This document shows, one piece after another, positions 1-9,345 of a stretch of 43,485 bases of DNA (positions within the stretch are counted from its first letter, which is position 1; every line of letters begins with the position of its first letter). The translations under genes and the position numbers were made by a program. Source of the stretch: Gemmatimonadota bacterium (lineage in GTDB: Bacteria > Gemmatimonadota > Gemmatimonadetes > Gemmatimonadales > GWC2-71-9). Below the pieces are notes generated by a model. It had not been told where the DNA came from. It saw nothing but the letters and a program-made list of their open reading frames with translations, and searched no databases. The DNA lies in assembly GCA_039586365.1 (NCBI GenBank), contig JBDHKN010000065.1:1-43485 (forward strand). Direction: 5' to 3'.

Positions 1-205
1 TGGATGCTGAGTAGCCGATAGCGTGGTAGCCCGGCACGCTGCCCTAAGCACTCCAGGGATCCCTTCGCCCCTCCCCGTCCAGGCTGCATCAGATCTCAAG
101 GAAGACCATCACCCTGAGGTGTTGTCCCACGAGGGTCGGGGCTCACGGCAGCAGTCAATCACTTCGAGCGCTCGTGGCGCGGATGGCACGTATGACGTAC
201 ACTAC

Positions 206-2131
206 ATGATGCGCCAAGTCCTACTCACGAGTGTCTGTCGTCCCCTGGGGGTCCGCCACGGCGACTCCCCGAGCGTGGGGTACGAGTTGCTGCACGAACA
301 GGTGACCCGCGCCCAGGGTTTGTTCAGCCCCCGCTCTCACCATACCCAGTTCTCGCTGGAGTACATCGCCGAGAACATCGAGGCTCCCACGACGGTGCTG
401 CAGTATCCCTCTCGAAGAGAACTCGTCCGCGAGCTCAGGCGCGGGTACGAGTTCGTGGGTGTGGCGTTCGTCCTGGCCACGTACCACCGCATGAAGGAGG
501 TTGTGACTCTAGTGCGGAGATACTCGCCGCAGTCGAAGATTGTGCTGGGCGGGTATGGGACGGTGGCGCCCGACGAGCTGCTTCGACCCTTTAGCGACTT
601 TGTCTGTCGCGAGGAGGGAGTAGGCTTCATGCGGCGCCTCTTGAGCGAACCCGAGATCCCGATGCCGTACCGGCACCCGCTGATCATCAACCCGCTCCGG
701 GTGTTCGGGAAGGAAACCTCGCGGACTGGGATAGTGTTCGGCGGCCTGGGATGTCCGAACGGGTGCGACTTCTGCTGCACCTCGCATTTCTTCAAACGCA
801 AACACATCCGCCTGCTTCCTACAGGGGCCGACATCTACCAGGTGATCGAGCGCTACCTCGAGGTCGATCCCAAGCTCGCCATCCTGATCCTGGACGAGGA
901 TTTTCTGCTCAACCGTCGGCGCGCCATGGAGTTTCGGGAAGCAGTCCTCCGGGGCGGAAAACCACTCTCCATCTTTGTCTTCGCCAGCGTCCGCGCCTTG
1001 AGCCAGTACACGGTGACCGAGATTCTGGAGATGGGGATCGACGGGATGTGGATCGGTTACGAGGGAACGCGGTCAGGTTATGCGAAACAGTCGGGCCGGC
1101 CGGTCGCAGATATCTTTCGCGAGTACCGCGAGCACGGAATCAGCATCCTGGCCTCCATGATCGTGGGCTTCCCCTACCAGACGCCCGAGATCATCGCAGA
1201 GGAACTCGCGGGCCTCCTCGCACTGCGACCGGTGCTCGCACAGTTCTTGATCTACGGCCCTTGTCCCGGCACTCCATTCTACGAGCGGGTCGTCCGGGAA
1301 GGGATACTGCTGCCAGAGGTGGCCGAGGATGCCGAGCGATTCTATCGCCGGGGGACTGGGTTCCACGCGATGGTCAGCCATCCATCGATGACGTCCGAAC
1401 AGATCGAGGCTGCCCAAGAGTTTTGCTACCGGGAAGATTTCCGGAGTCTGGGACCGGTGCTGCACCGCTCGGTAGAGCGCTGGCTCGAAGGATACCTCAA
1501 GCTGCGGGAGTCGCCCAGCGCGTTGCTTCGCGCCAAGGCGGAGCTGATCGCGGCCGACCTCAGGAGAGCTTATCCCCTGTTCTTGGTGGGCAGGCTGCTC
1601 GGCCCGACAGCGCAGGTACGGAGTTGGATTGGCAGGCTCCAACAGCGGATCCATGTGGCCCTGGGAAGTCCCACCTGGAAGGAGCGTCTCCAGTCGGTGG
1701 CGGCTGTGGGCATGGGTCTCTGGACGGGACTTACGCTCAGATTGGGCCTGTTCCAGCACCCGCCGCTAGTAAGGCACACTTTCAGGATGCCGGACGCGCG
1801 TCCCGGGCGGGCTTGGAGGCGCTTGCGCCGCGGGGATCCCGCTGGGCATTCGATCCAGGTGGAGCGCCGACCCGCCTCCACGGTGTGGGTGTTCCTGGAA
1901 GGACGGCTCACGGCAGCGGCAGCCGGACGGTTCGTTGCGGATCTCCAAGCTGCCCTGGCACGCCGCAAGGATCGAGTGGTGCTGGACCTGGCCCGCCTTG
2001 CTGGCCTGGAGGACGGTGCCGTGGGTGAGCTGGTAGCGGGGCTGGCAGGCTATCGCGATCGGATCCGCGTCATTCTCCCCCGCGTGGGAGAGTTCGCGGC
2101 ACTGGCAGCGATCTTCCCGCTCTACCAGTAA
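206..2131 (+). CDS. B12-binding-domain radical SAM protein with C-terminal STAS-like domain
   Basis: CxxxCxxC motif (GCPNGCDFC), upstream cobalamin-binding-like region (KIVLGGYG, REEGV), DEDF motif. Start moved from GTG 23 to ATG 206/209 because the extra N-terminus looks non-coding. C-terminus VFLEGRL...VVLDLARL resembles STAS. Confidence 0.85.
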   Translation: MMRQVLLTSVCRPLGVRHGDSPSVGYELLHEQVTRAQGLFSPRSHHTQFSLEYIAENIEAPTTVLQYPSRRELVRELRRGYEFVGVAFVLATYHRMKEVVTLVRRYSPQSKIVLGGYGTVAPDELLRPFSDFVCREEGVGFMRRLLSEPEIPMPYRHPLIINPLRVFGKETSRTGIVFGGLGCPNGCDFCCTSHFFKRKHIRLLPTGADIYQVIERYLEVDPKLAILILDEDFLLNRRRAMEFREAVLRGGKPLSIFVFASVRALSQYTVTEILEMGIDGMWIGYEGTRSGYAKQSGRPVADIFREYREHGISILASMIVGFPYQTPEIIAEELAGLLALRPVLAQFLIYGPCPGTPFYERVVREGILLPEVAEDAERFYRRGTGFHAMVSHPSMTSEQIEAAQEFCYREDFRSLGPVLHRSVERWLEGYLKLRESPSALLRAKAELIAADLRRAYPLFLVGRLLGPTAQVRSWIGRLQQRIHVALGSPTWKERLQSVAAVGMGLWTGLTLRLGLFQHPPLVRHTFRMPDARPGRAWRRLRRGDPAGHSIQVERRPASTVWVFLEGRLTAAAAGRFVADLQAALARRKDRVVLDLARLAGLEDGAVGELVAGLAGYRDRIRVILPRVGEFAALAAIFPLYQ

Positions 2132-2150
2132 GCTTTTGACGTTCTGCGGT

Positions 2151-2170
2151 GGCCTCTCGACAGGGGGGCC
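2151..2170 (+). terminator. possible hairpin downstream of the radical SAM gene
   Basis: ggcctctc-gaca-ggggggcc stem (with G-U pairs) 20 nt after the stop; weak T tail. Confidence 0.35.
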
Positions 2171-2203
2171 GATCTCTGTGGTCCTTTCCTGCAAGAAACG
2201 CCT

Positions 2204-2424
2204 GCGATAGTGGGCTCGACCCGCGTTGTCCCCTTCCGGAGGCCAGGGCCACTGCCAAGTGAAACGGCATCAGCAGAGTATCACCAAGCCGGCAGCCGAG
2301 TCAGCTTACGCCGTCGAGACGCCACGGTCGCGGGCGACTCGGCTGCCCCCCAGAGCTGCTCGGTCTTCTCCGGCGGAGCGGCATACCAGAGGTTGAGCGG
2401 TACTCACTCGCTCCTCAGCACCTC
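2204..2424. repeat. direct repeat copy A (2204-2241 plus 2376-2424), matching 5609-5692
   Basis: 36/38 and 42/49 identity by manual alignment; includes the last 6 sense codons plus the stop of the permease. Confidence 0.9.
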
Positions 2425-5160
2425 AATCGGATCGATTCGAGTGACCCTCCGCGCGGGGAGATAACTGGCCAGTAGCGTCACAGCAAATAGCAGAGATCCA
2501 GCCAGCAGATACGTCACGGAGTCCGTGGCACTCACCCCGAAGAGGAGGGAAGACAACAGCCGCGTAGTTCCCCAAGCAACACCGAGACCGACGACTACCC
2601 CAACGGCTGCAGCGGTTGCGCCCTGCAGCAGTATGAGCCGCAGCACGCCACTTGTCGGGGCGCCTAGGGCAATCCGTATGCCCATTTCACGGTTGCGCTG
2701 TGACACAGCGTGGGCGATGACCGCGTAGAGGCCCATTGCGGAGAGGACCGTGGCAAGGATCGCAAAGACGGAGAGAACACTCACCACCAACCGCGTATTG
2801 CCCGTGGCCTGAGTTCCCAGAGCTTCCACTGTCTCGACGCCATGAATCGGAACGTTGGGGTTGAGGTCGCGGAGTTCGTTTCGTATCGCAGGCAGGATCG
2901 CAAACGGATCATTGTCGGTCCGGACGATGAACGTCGGATCAGCCAGCGGCACCTGGCGGGATGACAGGTATACCACGGGCTGTCGTCCGACGTCCGGGGA
3001 CGCGTACAGAATGTCGCTGACGACGCCCACTACCTCGGCAGTTGCGCCTTCCGACATGACGCTGTGCCCGAGGGCAAGCCGCTGCCCCAGTGAATTCTCG
3101 TTAGGGAATAGCTCACGGACCGCTGTCTCGTTCAGTATCAGAACCTGCGGAGCCTCTCGCCAATCTGTAGCGGAGAACGTGCGACCTCGCAGCAGGCGAG
3201 CCCCGACGGTTTCGAAGTAGCTGTCCTCAACTATGATGGTGCCGACCTGAAGCCTCTCGCTTTCCGGTATGTCGGGCCTGCCTTCGATGCTTTGGACCGT
3301 GCTCTGGCCGCAGAGCCCGCCAAGGGGTGGACACCCTAGGGATGCATCAGAGACTCCGGGAACGGACTGGATCCGCTCCAGGAAAGTGTGGTGAACGGCC
3401 AGCATCCGCTCGCCGTCGGCGTCATCGAGGGACAAGTGCGGACTGGCAGATTCAGCCGAGCGCGGGAGCGTGTAGGAGAACTTCAAGAGATTGGCTGAGT
3501 CTATGCCGGTGTCGACGCGCTGAAGCTTTGCCATGCTGAACATCATCAGCCCGGCACTTACTAACAGGATCAAAGCCACCGCAACCTGGCCGCTCACGAG
3601 CATGGTTTTGATGCCGAGCAGGCGCCGGCCCTCACGACCGCGGCTCGTTGCAGCGAGGGGAGCACTTAAGTCCGCGAGTTGTTTTGGCCTTGACAGCCTC
3701 ACTGCGGGAAGCAGTCCGAACAAAAGGCTCGTGACAACTGAGAGTCCTACTGCGAATAGGGCTACGCCCCAGTCCACGCCGACCTGCTCAAGGTTCAGGA
3801 ACTGGAGTTCGTTCGAGCCAGCGACCCAAGATTCCGGCGCAAGCAGCGCTAAACCCTCCGCCCCCCAAGCCGCCAGAGCGAGGCCCACCACACCACCCAT
3901 CAGGCCGACCAACAAACACTCAGTCAGACATTGCCGGGCAACCCGCCAGCGGCCCGCCCCGATTGCCAAGCGGACCGCAATCTCCCTCGTTCGTGCACTC
4001 CCCCGCACCAGGAGCAGCCCTGCCAGATTCGCGCAGACTATGAGAAGTACCAGGGCCGCCGCACTAGCAAGTAACAGCAGTGACGCCCGTGCTCTGTCGT
4101 TGCTGGCCACCGATCGAAACGGCCGAACCACCGCGACCAAATCGCCACCGGACCCGTGATCGGCCCACCTGCGGCGCATTTCCTGCGCCAAGGGTGCGAG
4201 TTGACTCTCCGCTCCCTCGATACTCGCCCCATGACGGAGTCGTCCCAACAGTGAGACCCAGTGTGCCCCGTGGTTGGTGATTCGCCATTGGTCCAGGAGC
4301 GCACCGGCAGCGGCCATAGGAAGCCACAGTCTACCCTGCCCTGTTACGCCCCGGAATCCTCGCGGCAACACACCAATGACGGTGACCCCGTGCCCGTTGA
4401 TGAAGATCTCCCTACCCAGCATACCCGGATCGCTGCCGAATCGACTACTCCAGACACCATGCCCGAGGATTGCCACCATCGAGGGTGTTGCAGCGTTTCC
4501 CTCCCCTGAGGTGAACGTGCGTCCGACGGCTGCCGAGACACCCAGCAGATGGAAGTAGTCAGGAGTCACCACCTCAGCCGCGATTCGTTCGGCATCTCCC
4601 ACACCAGTCAGAGTCACGGCCTCGACGGCGTAGCCGGCCAACGGATCCACCAGCCTGTCGGTAACATCGAGGAGCATCTCGAACTCGGGATACGACGCGC
4701 CATGGTAGGTGTAGGTCGGGTAGACGTGGGAGATGCTGGGCAGGACCAGCCGCTCTGGCTCAGGATAAGGAGGATCCGCCAAGATCGCATCCCTGAGCAA
4801 ACTGAAGATCGCACTGTTGCCACCGATCCCGACCGCGAGAATCAAGACCGCGGCCGCGGTAAAGCCCGGCGTCCTTGCAAGGCGGCGGGCCGAGTACCGC
4901 GCTTCCATCCGCACGCCGTCCCACAGTGGGTGCACGGTCGATCGTTGTCTCAGGTGGGGTGGCAGGAGCCGGAGTGCGGTGCCAATGGCCTGCCCGATGT
5001 ACCAGAGGTTTGCACGCAGCGCCCCGTTTCGACGTCTGCGTTCCCGCCACAACTCCTCGAGGTCTCCCAGCACCGCTCTGCCGTTCGGCCCGGTTGGCAG
5101 GACCAGCTCCAGCAGGACTGTCGCTGCGTGCGGTGGGCGGGGAGCGGGCCGGAGGTTCAC
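2404..5160 (-). CDS. ADOP-type duplicated MacB/FtsX ABC permease
   Basis: PGFTAAAVLILAVGIGGNSAIFS, REIAVRLAIGA and REMGIRIALGA repeats, DPIEVLRSE end. GTG start at 5160 overlaps the PadR TGA (GTGA). Confidence 0.92.
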   Translation of the reverse strand: MNLRPAPRPPHAATVLLELVLPTGPNGRAVLGDLEELWRERRRRNGALRANLWYIGQAIGTALRLLPPHLRQRSTVHPLWDGVRMEARYSARRLARTPGFTAAAVLILAVGIGGNSAIFSLLRDAILADPPYPEPERLVLPSISHVYPTYTYHGASYPEFEMLLDVTDRLVDPLAGYAVEAVTLTGVGDAERIAAEVVTPDYFHLLGVSAAVGRTFTSGEGNAATPSMVAILGHGVWSSRFGSDPGMLGREIFINGHGVTVIGVLPRGFRGVTGQGRLWLPMAAAGALLDQWRITNHGAHWVSLLGRLRHGASIEGAESQLAPLAQEMRRRWADHGSGGDLVAVVRPFRSVASNDRARASLLLLASAAALVLLIVCANLAGLLLVRGSARTREIAVRLAIGAGRWRVARQCLTECLLVGLMGGVVGLALAAWGAEGLALLAPESWVAGSNELQFLNLEQVGVDWGVALFAVGLSVVTSLLFGLLPAVRLSRPKQLADLSAPLAATSRGREGRRLLGIKTMLVSGQVAVALILLVSAGLMMFSMAKLQRVDTGIDSANLLKFSYTLPRSAESASPHLSLDDADGERMLAVHHTFLERIQSVPGVSDASLGCPPLGGLCGQSTVQSIEGRPDIPESERLQVGTIIVEDSYFETVGARLLRGRTFSATDWREAPQVLILNETAVRELFPNENSLGQRLALGHSVMSEGATAEVVGVVSDILYASPDVGRQPVVYLSSRQVPLADPTFIVRTDNDPFAILPAIRNELRDLNPNVPIHGVETVEALGTQATGNTRLVVSVLSVFAILATVLSAMGLYAVIAHAVSQRNREMGIRIALGAPTSGVLRLILLQGATAAAVGVVVGLGVAWGTTRLLSSLLFGVSATDSVTYLLAGSLLFAVTLLASYLPARRVTRIDPIEVLRSE

Positions 5161-5492
5161 CGGATCTTCTCCAGTTGTGCTTCCAATCCATCCCACAGGC
5201 CCAGCAACGCTTCCCGGTGCTCGGCCAGCGCGCGGACACCAGCAGCAGTCGGGGTCACGTACCGCTTGGGCCGACCACCCCGGCTCTCATCGGGCTCGCC
5301 AAGCGTGCAGGAAACCAGGCCCTTGTCTTCCAATCGCTGGACGGTGAGGTATACCGTGCCCGCTTGAACCTTCCGCCCAGTCCGCTCCTCGATTTCACGC
5401 ATCAGGGCCGCGCCGTAAGCGTCGTGGCGGAGGTGTAGGGCGGCGGCAAGAGTCAGGTGCTCAAACTCGCTTAGGAAAGTGCGTTCACCCAT
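5157..5492 (-). CDS. PadR-family transcriptional regulator
   Basis: AYGAALMREIEERTGR...GTVYLTVQRLEDKGLV...RGGRPKRYVTPT winged-HTH pattern; coupled to the permease. Confidence 0.92.
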   Translation of the reverse strand: MGERTFLSEFEHLTLAAALHLRHDAYGAALMREIEERTGRKVQAGTVYLTVQRLEDKGLVSCTLGEPDESRGGRPKRYVTPTAAGVRALAEHREALLGLWDGLEAQLEKIR

Positions 5493-5514
5493 TGGAAGCC
5501 TCGCGTGAGACGGA

Positions 5515-5569
5515 GCAACTCAATAATTTCATGTTGGTCAACATAAAAAATATGAGTTGCCTCTGTCAA
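5515..5569 (-). promoter_or_regulatory. sigma70-like promoter of the leftward padR, overlapped by an AT-rich palindrome
   Basis: Minus strand TTGACA (5569-5564), 18-nt spacer, TATGTT (5545-5540). Palindrome gcaactca...atgttg-gt-caacat...tgagttgc at 5515-5560. Confidence 0.6.
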
Positions 5570-5608
5570 GAGCGTGTTGTGAGTGGCTGATCCGACAGAC
5601 ACCGCGGC

Positions 5609-5692
5609 GCGATAGTGGGCTCGACCCGCGTTGCCCCCTTCCAGAGCGGCATGCCATAGGTTGAGCGCGGCTCACACGCTCCCCAGCACCTC
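5609..5692. repeat. direct repeat copy B; relic of a permease 3' end and its downstream DNA
   Basis: Contiguous version of 2204-2241 plus 2376-2424. Minus strand encodes EVLGSV* versus EVLRSE* in the intact gene. Confidence 0.9.
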
Positions 5693-5695
5693 CCC

Positions 5696-5752
5696 CTTCC
5701 CCTTGCCATTTTAGGGGAAGCCATTAACTTCCCATAAGCATCTTATGGAATA
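5696..5752 (+). promoter_or_regulatory. two tandem palindromic boxes (candidate PadR operators) over a TTGCCA-16-TAACTT promoter
   Basis: cttcccct-N9-aggggaag (5696-5720) and cttcccataag-cat-cttatggaata (5728-5752), 32 bp apart, directly before ATG 5760. Confidence 0.65.
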
Positions 5753-5759
5753 GACTGCA

Positions 5760-6101
5760 ATGGCGCGAATCGACCTGCTTCAGGGAACCCTGGATGTGCT
5801 CATCCTCAAGACCCTCAGTTGGGGTCCCCTCCACGGCTACGCGATCGCGCGGTTCATCAAACGCGCCACCAGCGAACGACTCCAGATCGAAGAGGGCGCG
5901 CTCTACCCGGCGCTCCATCGGATGGAACGCAGCGGTTGGATCGAATCAGACTGGGGCGTTTCCGAGAACAATCGGCGGGCCAAGTACTACCAACTAACGT
6001 CCAAGGGACGTAGGGCACTGCGCACCGAGTCCACCACCTGGCACAGGTACGTAGAAGCCGTTGCTATGCTGCTGGAGCTCGAGCAGCCGGAGCCAGCATG
6101 A
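5760..6101 (+). CDS. PadR-family regulator (acidobacterial TIGR03433-like)
   Basis: LLQGTLDVLILKTL...LHGYAIAR...EEGALYPALHRME...SENNRRAKYYQLT signature. Confidence 0.95.
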   Translation: MARIDLLQGTLDVLILKTLSWGPLHGYAIARFIKRATSERLQIEEGALYPALHRMERSGWIESDWGVSENNRRAKYYQLTSKGRRALRTESTTWHRYVEAVAMLLELEQPEPA

Positions 6102-8749
6102 ACCGTATTCCCGGAATCCGGCGGGTGTTCCGGATGCCCTTTCGTGGGGCAGCCGTCTATCGTGAGATAGACGAGGAACTCAACTATCACCTCGAGCGTC
6201 GCATCGACGAGCTCAAGGCCGACGGCATGGATCCCGGAGTCGCTCGCGACCGCGCCCTCGTTGAGTTCGGAGACCTCGCCGCCATCAAGAGAGCGTGCCG
6301 GGCGATCGGCAGGGGAAGAGAGCGCAGAGTGCGATTGGCGGAGGTGTTGGACACCATACTGCAGGATGTCGGCTTTGCGACGCGACAATATAGGAGGAGT
6401 CCGGGTTTCACTCTGGTCGCGACACTGACGCTCGCACTGGGAATCGGTGCGACCACCATCATTTTCAGCGTGGTGAATTCGGTACTGCTCCGACCGCTGC
6501 CGTTCGATGAGCCCGACCGGCTGGTACGGATCTGGGCAGTGACTCCGACGGGCAGACAGTTCTCGACCTCGGAGCCCAATTACCTCGACTGGCGCGAGAT
6601 GAGTCCCGTATTCGAGGCGATGGGCGCCTTCACCGAGGGCACTCTGAACCTCACCGGAGCAGGTGAGCCGAAGGAGCTGCGGAGTCTCTTCGCTTCGCAC
6701 ACGTTGCTTCCCGCCCTGGGGATAACACCGACCCTTGGCCGCGGGATCCTACCAGAAGAAGACCGGCCGGAGCGAGACCAGGCGGTCGTACTCCTAGGGC
6801 GTAGGTTCTGGGAACGCGAACTAGGCGCCGATCCGGAGATCGTGGGCCGGACGCTGACCCTCAACGACAGACCCTTCACGGTCATCGGTGTCACGCCGCT
6901 GCCCGCTGTTCTAAGAGGAAATCGCGATGTAGTGGTGCCGCTAGTGGCCGATCCGAACGGCCAGCGGGGCAATCGCTTCGTGAAGGTAGTTGCGCGGCTT
7001 GCCGCTGGTGCGTCGTTGGAGCAAGCGCGCGACGTGATGGGACGGACCGCCCAACTGCTGGCCGATGAGTATCCGGAGGCCAACGAAGGCTGGGGAGTGC
7101 GCGTGGACCCGCTCAGCGAGGTTCTCGTGGGACAGGATGTGAGCCGTGCCGTGCTCGCCCTGTTCGGAGCTGTCGGGTTCCTGCTGGTGCTGGCATGCGT
7201 GAACGTGTCGAACCTCCTCATTGCGCGTGGTACGGCCCGGCGCAGAGAGATTGCGTTGCGCGCCGCGTTGGGTGCCAACCGCGACAGGATTGTCCGCCAG
7301 CTTCTGGTCGAGAGCGCCATCCTGGCAGTGCTCGGCGCGGCGGCCGGGATGCTGCTCACTGCTTGGGCAGTCCCGATCATCAGCGTGCTTGGCCCGGGAG
7401 ACATCCCGCGGCTGGACGAAGTGAGCATCGATCGCTCAGTACTGATGTTTGCCTTGGCGGTGACCGTCGTAACCGCACTCATCTCCGGTCTCAGTCCCGC
7501 CCTGCAGGCGATCGGCAGAGATCTCCATGACCCCTTGCGGGAAGGCGGACGCGCGCTTGCGTCAGGTAGCAGGCTGCGGGATATGCTCGTGGTCGCTGAG
7601 CTGGCGCTCGCTGTGGTCCTACTGGCAGGAGCAGGGCTCATGATGCAGAGCCTGCTGCGGCTCAAAGCGGTGGATCCTGGGTTTGAGCTGGACCGTGTAC
7701 TGAGCGTAAGGGTGACGCTGCCAGGCTCCTACCCGATCGAGCAGAGGGCCGATTTCTTCGAGACCCTGCAGGAACGGGTCGATGCACTTCCCGGTGTCGC
7801 GCGCAGCGGCGCCACCTTCGTCGAGCCTCTGTCTGGCGACGATGCAACGGGAGTCGTGGCGCACGGAGACGAGGATCCCGCGACATCGAATGAATTCGTC
7901 GAGGTGCAGTTCCGGTTTGTGACGCCGGGTTTCTTCGAGACGATGCAGATCCCTGCACTGGCTGGCCGTGCGATCACCGCTATCGACCGACCCACCACCT
8001 TACCCCCCGACGTTATCAGCTTCGCCATCAGTGAGACCCTTGCAAAGAGGGTGTGGCCCAACGAGGACCCGGTTGGCAAACGACTCCACTTCGGGCGGGG
8101 GAGCGAAGCGGAGTTCGTTGTTGTCGGTGTCGTAGGTGACATACGGGACAAATACCTCGACGCCGAGCCACCACCCATGCTGTACGGTCACTACGCCGTA
8201 CAACCCATGCGATCGATGATCCTCCTGGTGAGGACGGCCACCAGCGGCGAGATCATTGCCCCCTCGATCCGGGACGAGATCAGACAACTGGCACCGAACA
8301 TTCCCATCCCCGACATTCGCCCGCTCGAGGACCACCGGTCGGAGGCAGTGGCGGCGCCACGGTTTCTCGTGCGCCTCTTCGGCCTGTTCGCTGCACTGGG
8401 GTTGGTGATGGCCGCAATGGGCGTGTACGGCATCATGACGTTCCACGTGTCACGGCGCAGTCGCGAAATTGGGATCCGTATGGCGCTCGGCGCTCAGTCG
8501 GGAAGCATCTTGCGCCTGGTACTGCGGCAGAGTCTGATGCGTGCCGGCCTCGGACTGACTGTTGGGCTGGCTGGCGCGATGGCAGTTACGCGCCTGATGG
8601 GAAGCCTGCTGTTTGAAACCGCTCCGGGCGACCCTACGACCTATCTAGGCGTCGTATCGGTCCTGGTCGCAGTCGTCTTGGCAGCTACGCTGGTGCCAGC
8701 GGTTCGGGCCATCGGCGTGGACAAGAAGGTGGTGCTGGCGGCGGAATAG
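6098..8749 (+). CDS. ADOP-type duplicated MacB/FtsX ABC permease
   Basis: EIDEELNYHLE N-terminus, PGFTLVATLTLALGIGATT, two REI.R.ALGA FtsX motifs; ATGA overlap with padR. Confidence 0.93.
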   Translation: MNRIPGIRRVFRMPFRGAAVYREIDEELNYHLERRIDELKADGMDPGVARDRALVEFGDLAAIKRACRAIGRGRERRVRLAEVLDTILQDVGFATRQYRRSPGFTLVATLTLALGIGATTIIFSVVNSVLLRPLPFDEPDRLVRIWAVTPTGRQFSTSEPNYLDWREMSPVFEAMGAFTEGTLNLTGAGEPKELRSLFASHTLLPALGITPTLGRGILPEEDRPERDQAVVLLGRRFWERELGADPEIVGRTLTLNDRPFTVIGVTPLPAVLRGNRDVVVPLVADPNGQRGNRFVKVVARLAAGASLEQARDVMGRTAQLLADEYPEANEGWGVRVDPLSEVLVGQDVSRAVLALFGAVGFLLVLACVNVSNLLIARGTARRREIALRAALGANRDRIVRQLLVESAILAVLGAAAGMLLTAWAVPIISVLGPGDIPRLDEVSIDRSVLMFALAVTVVTALISGLSPALQAIGRDLHDPLREGGRALASGSRLRDMLVVAELALAVVLLAGAGLMMQSLLRLKAVDPGFELDRVLSVRVTLPGSYPIEQRADFFETLQERVDALPGVARSGATFVEPLSGDDATGVVAHGDEDPATSNEFVEVQFRFVTPGFFETMQIPALAGRAITAIDRPTTLPPDVISFAISETLAKRVWPNEDPVGKRLHFGRGSEAEFVVVGVVGDIRDKYLDAEPPPMLYGHYAVQPMRSMILLVRTATSGEIIAPSIRDEIRQLAPNIPIPDIRPLEDHRSEAVAAPRFLVRLFGLFAALGLVMAAMGVYGIMTFHVSRRSREIGIRMALGAQSGSILRLVLRQSLMRAGLGLTVGLAGAMAVTRLMGSLLFETAPGDPTTYLGVVSVLVAVVLAATLVPAVRAIGVDKKVVLAAE

Positions 8750-9110
8750 GTTGTGCAGCACGGTGTGGAACGGACAGCGCTCGGTGATGACCCGGTACGG
8801 ATAGAGTCCTTCGTTCACCACCCCTCTCAGAAGGTCCAATACGCGTTCCTTGTCGCCAGCCTCGGCAAACGACTCCGCTAGATGGAACTTGTTGTGCGCA
8901 TCGAGTGGCGTGATATCGATGGCTTGGCGTATCTCACGAGCGACGCATCACTCATGCCTTCGATCAGGTAGCACAACTGGAGTTGGCCGAGGGTGACTTC
9001 ATCCACCTCGACTGGGTGCGGACATGTGGACGGGTTACTGGGAAGAAGGTTGAGCAGTGGGTCGCGATCGAGAGCGAGGCAACACAGCATCGGTAGCGGG
9101 CAGGGCACGC
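8750..9110 (-). pseudogene. frameshifted remnant of a TPR-type C-terminal domain
   Basis: Minus frames give ALDRDPLLNL...DEVTLGQLQLCYLIEG and, after a shift near 8945, DITPLDAHNKFHLAESFAEAGDKERVLDLLRGVVNEGLYPY...CPF, like the tail of kinase/TPR proteins. Confidence 0.55.
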
Positions 9111-9345
9111 AGCAGCTGGCGAGTGAGGCCTGTTCTCGGGAACAGTCTGATCAGTATCGTCGTTAGTATCGTGTCTTGGAGGCGAAAGACGTGAGCCCTC
9201 CCGACAGCCCGGGTTCTGCGCCGCTGTAGTTCAATGCGGGTGGTGAATTGCAGATCTCGCGGGACCGTTGTCGGTTCGCGCAAGTTTGCTTGTCGGCAAC
9301 TGCGCGGCCAGGTAGGTTCGTCAAGTCACAACTGGGAATCGTCAT

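Noticed and set aside
2204..5692. Integron attC sites or a CRISPR array
   Set aside because: Only two copies, no RYYYAAC/GTTRRRY ends, no regular spacers and no intI or cas genes
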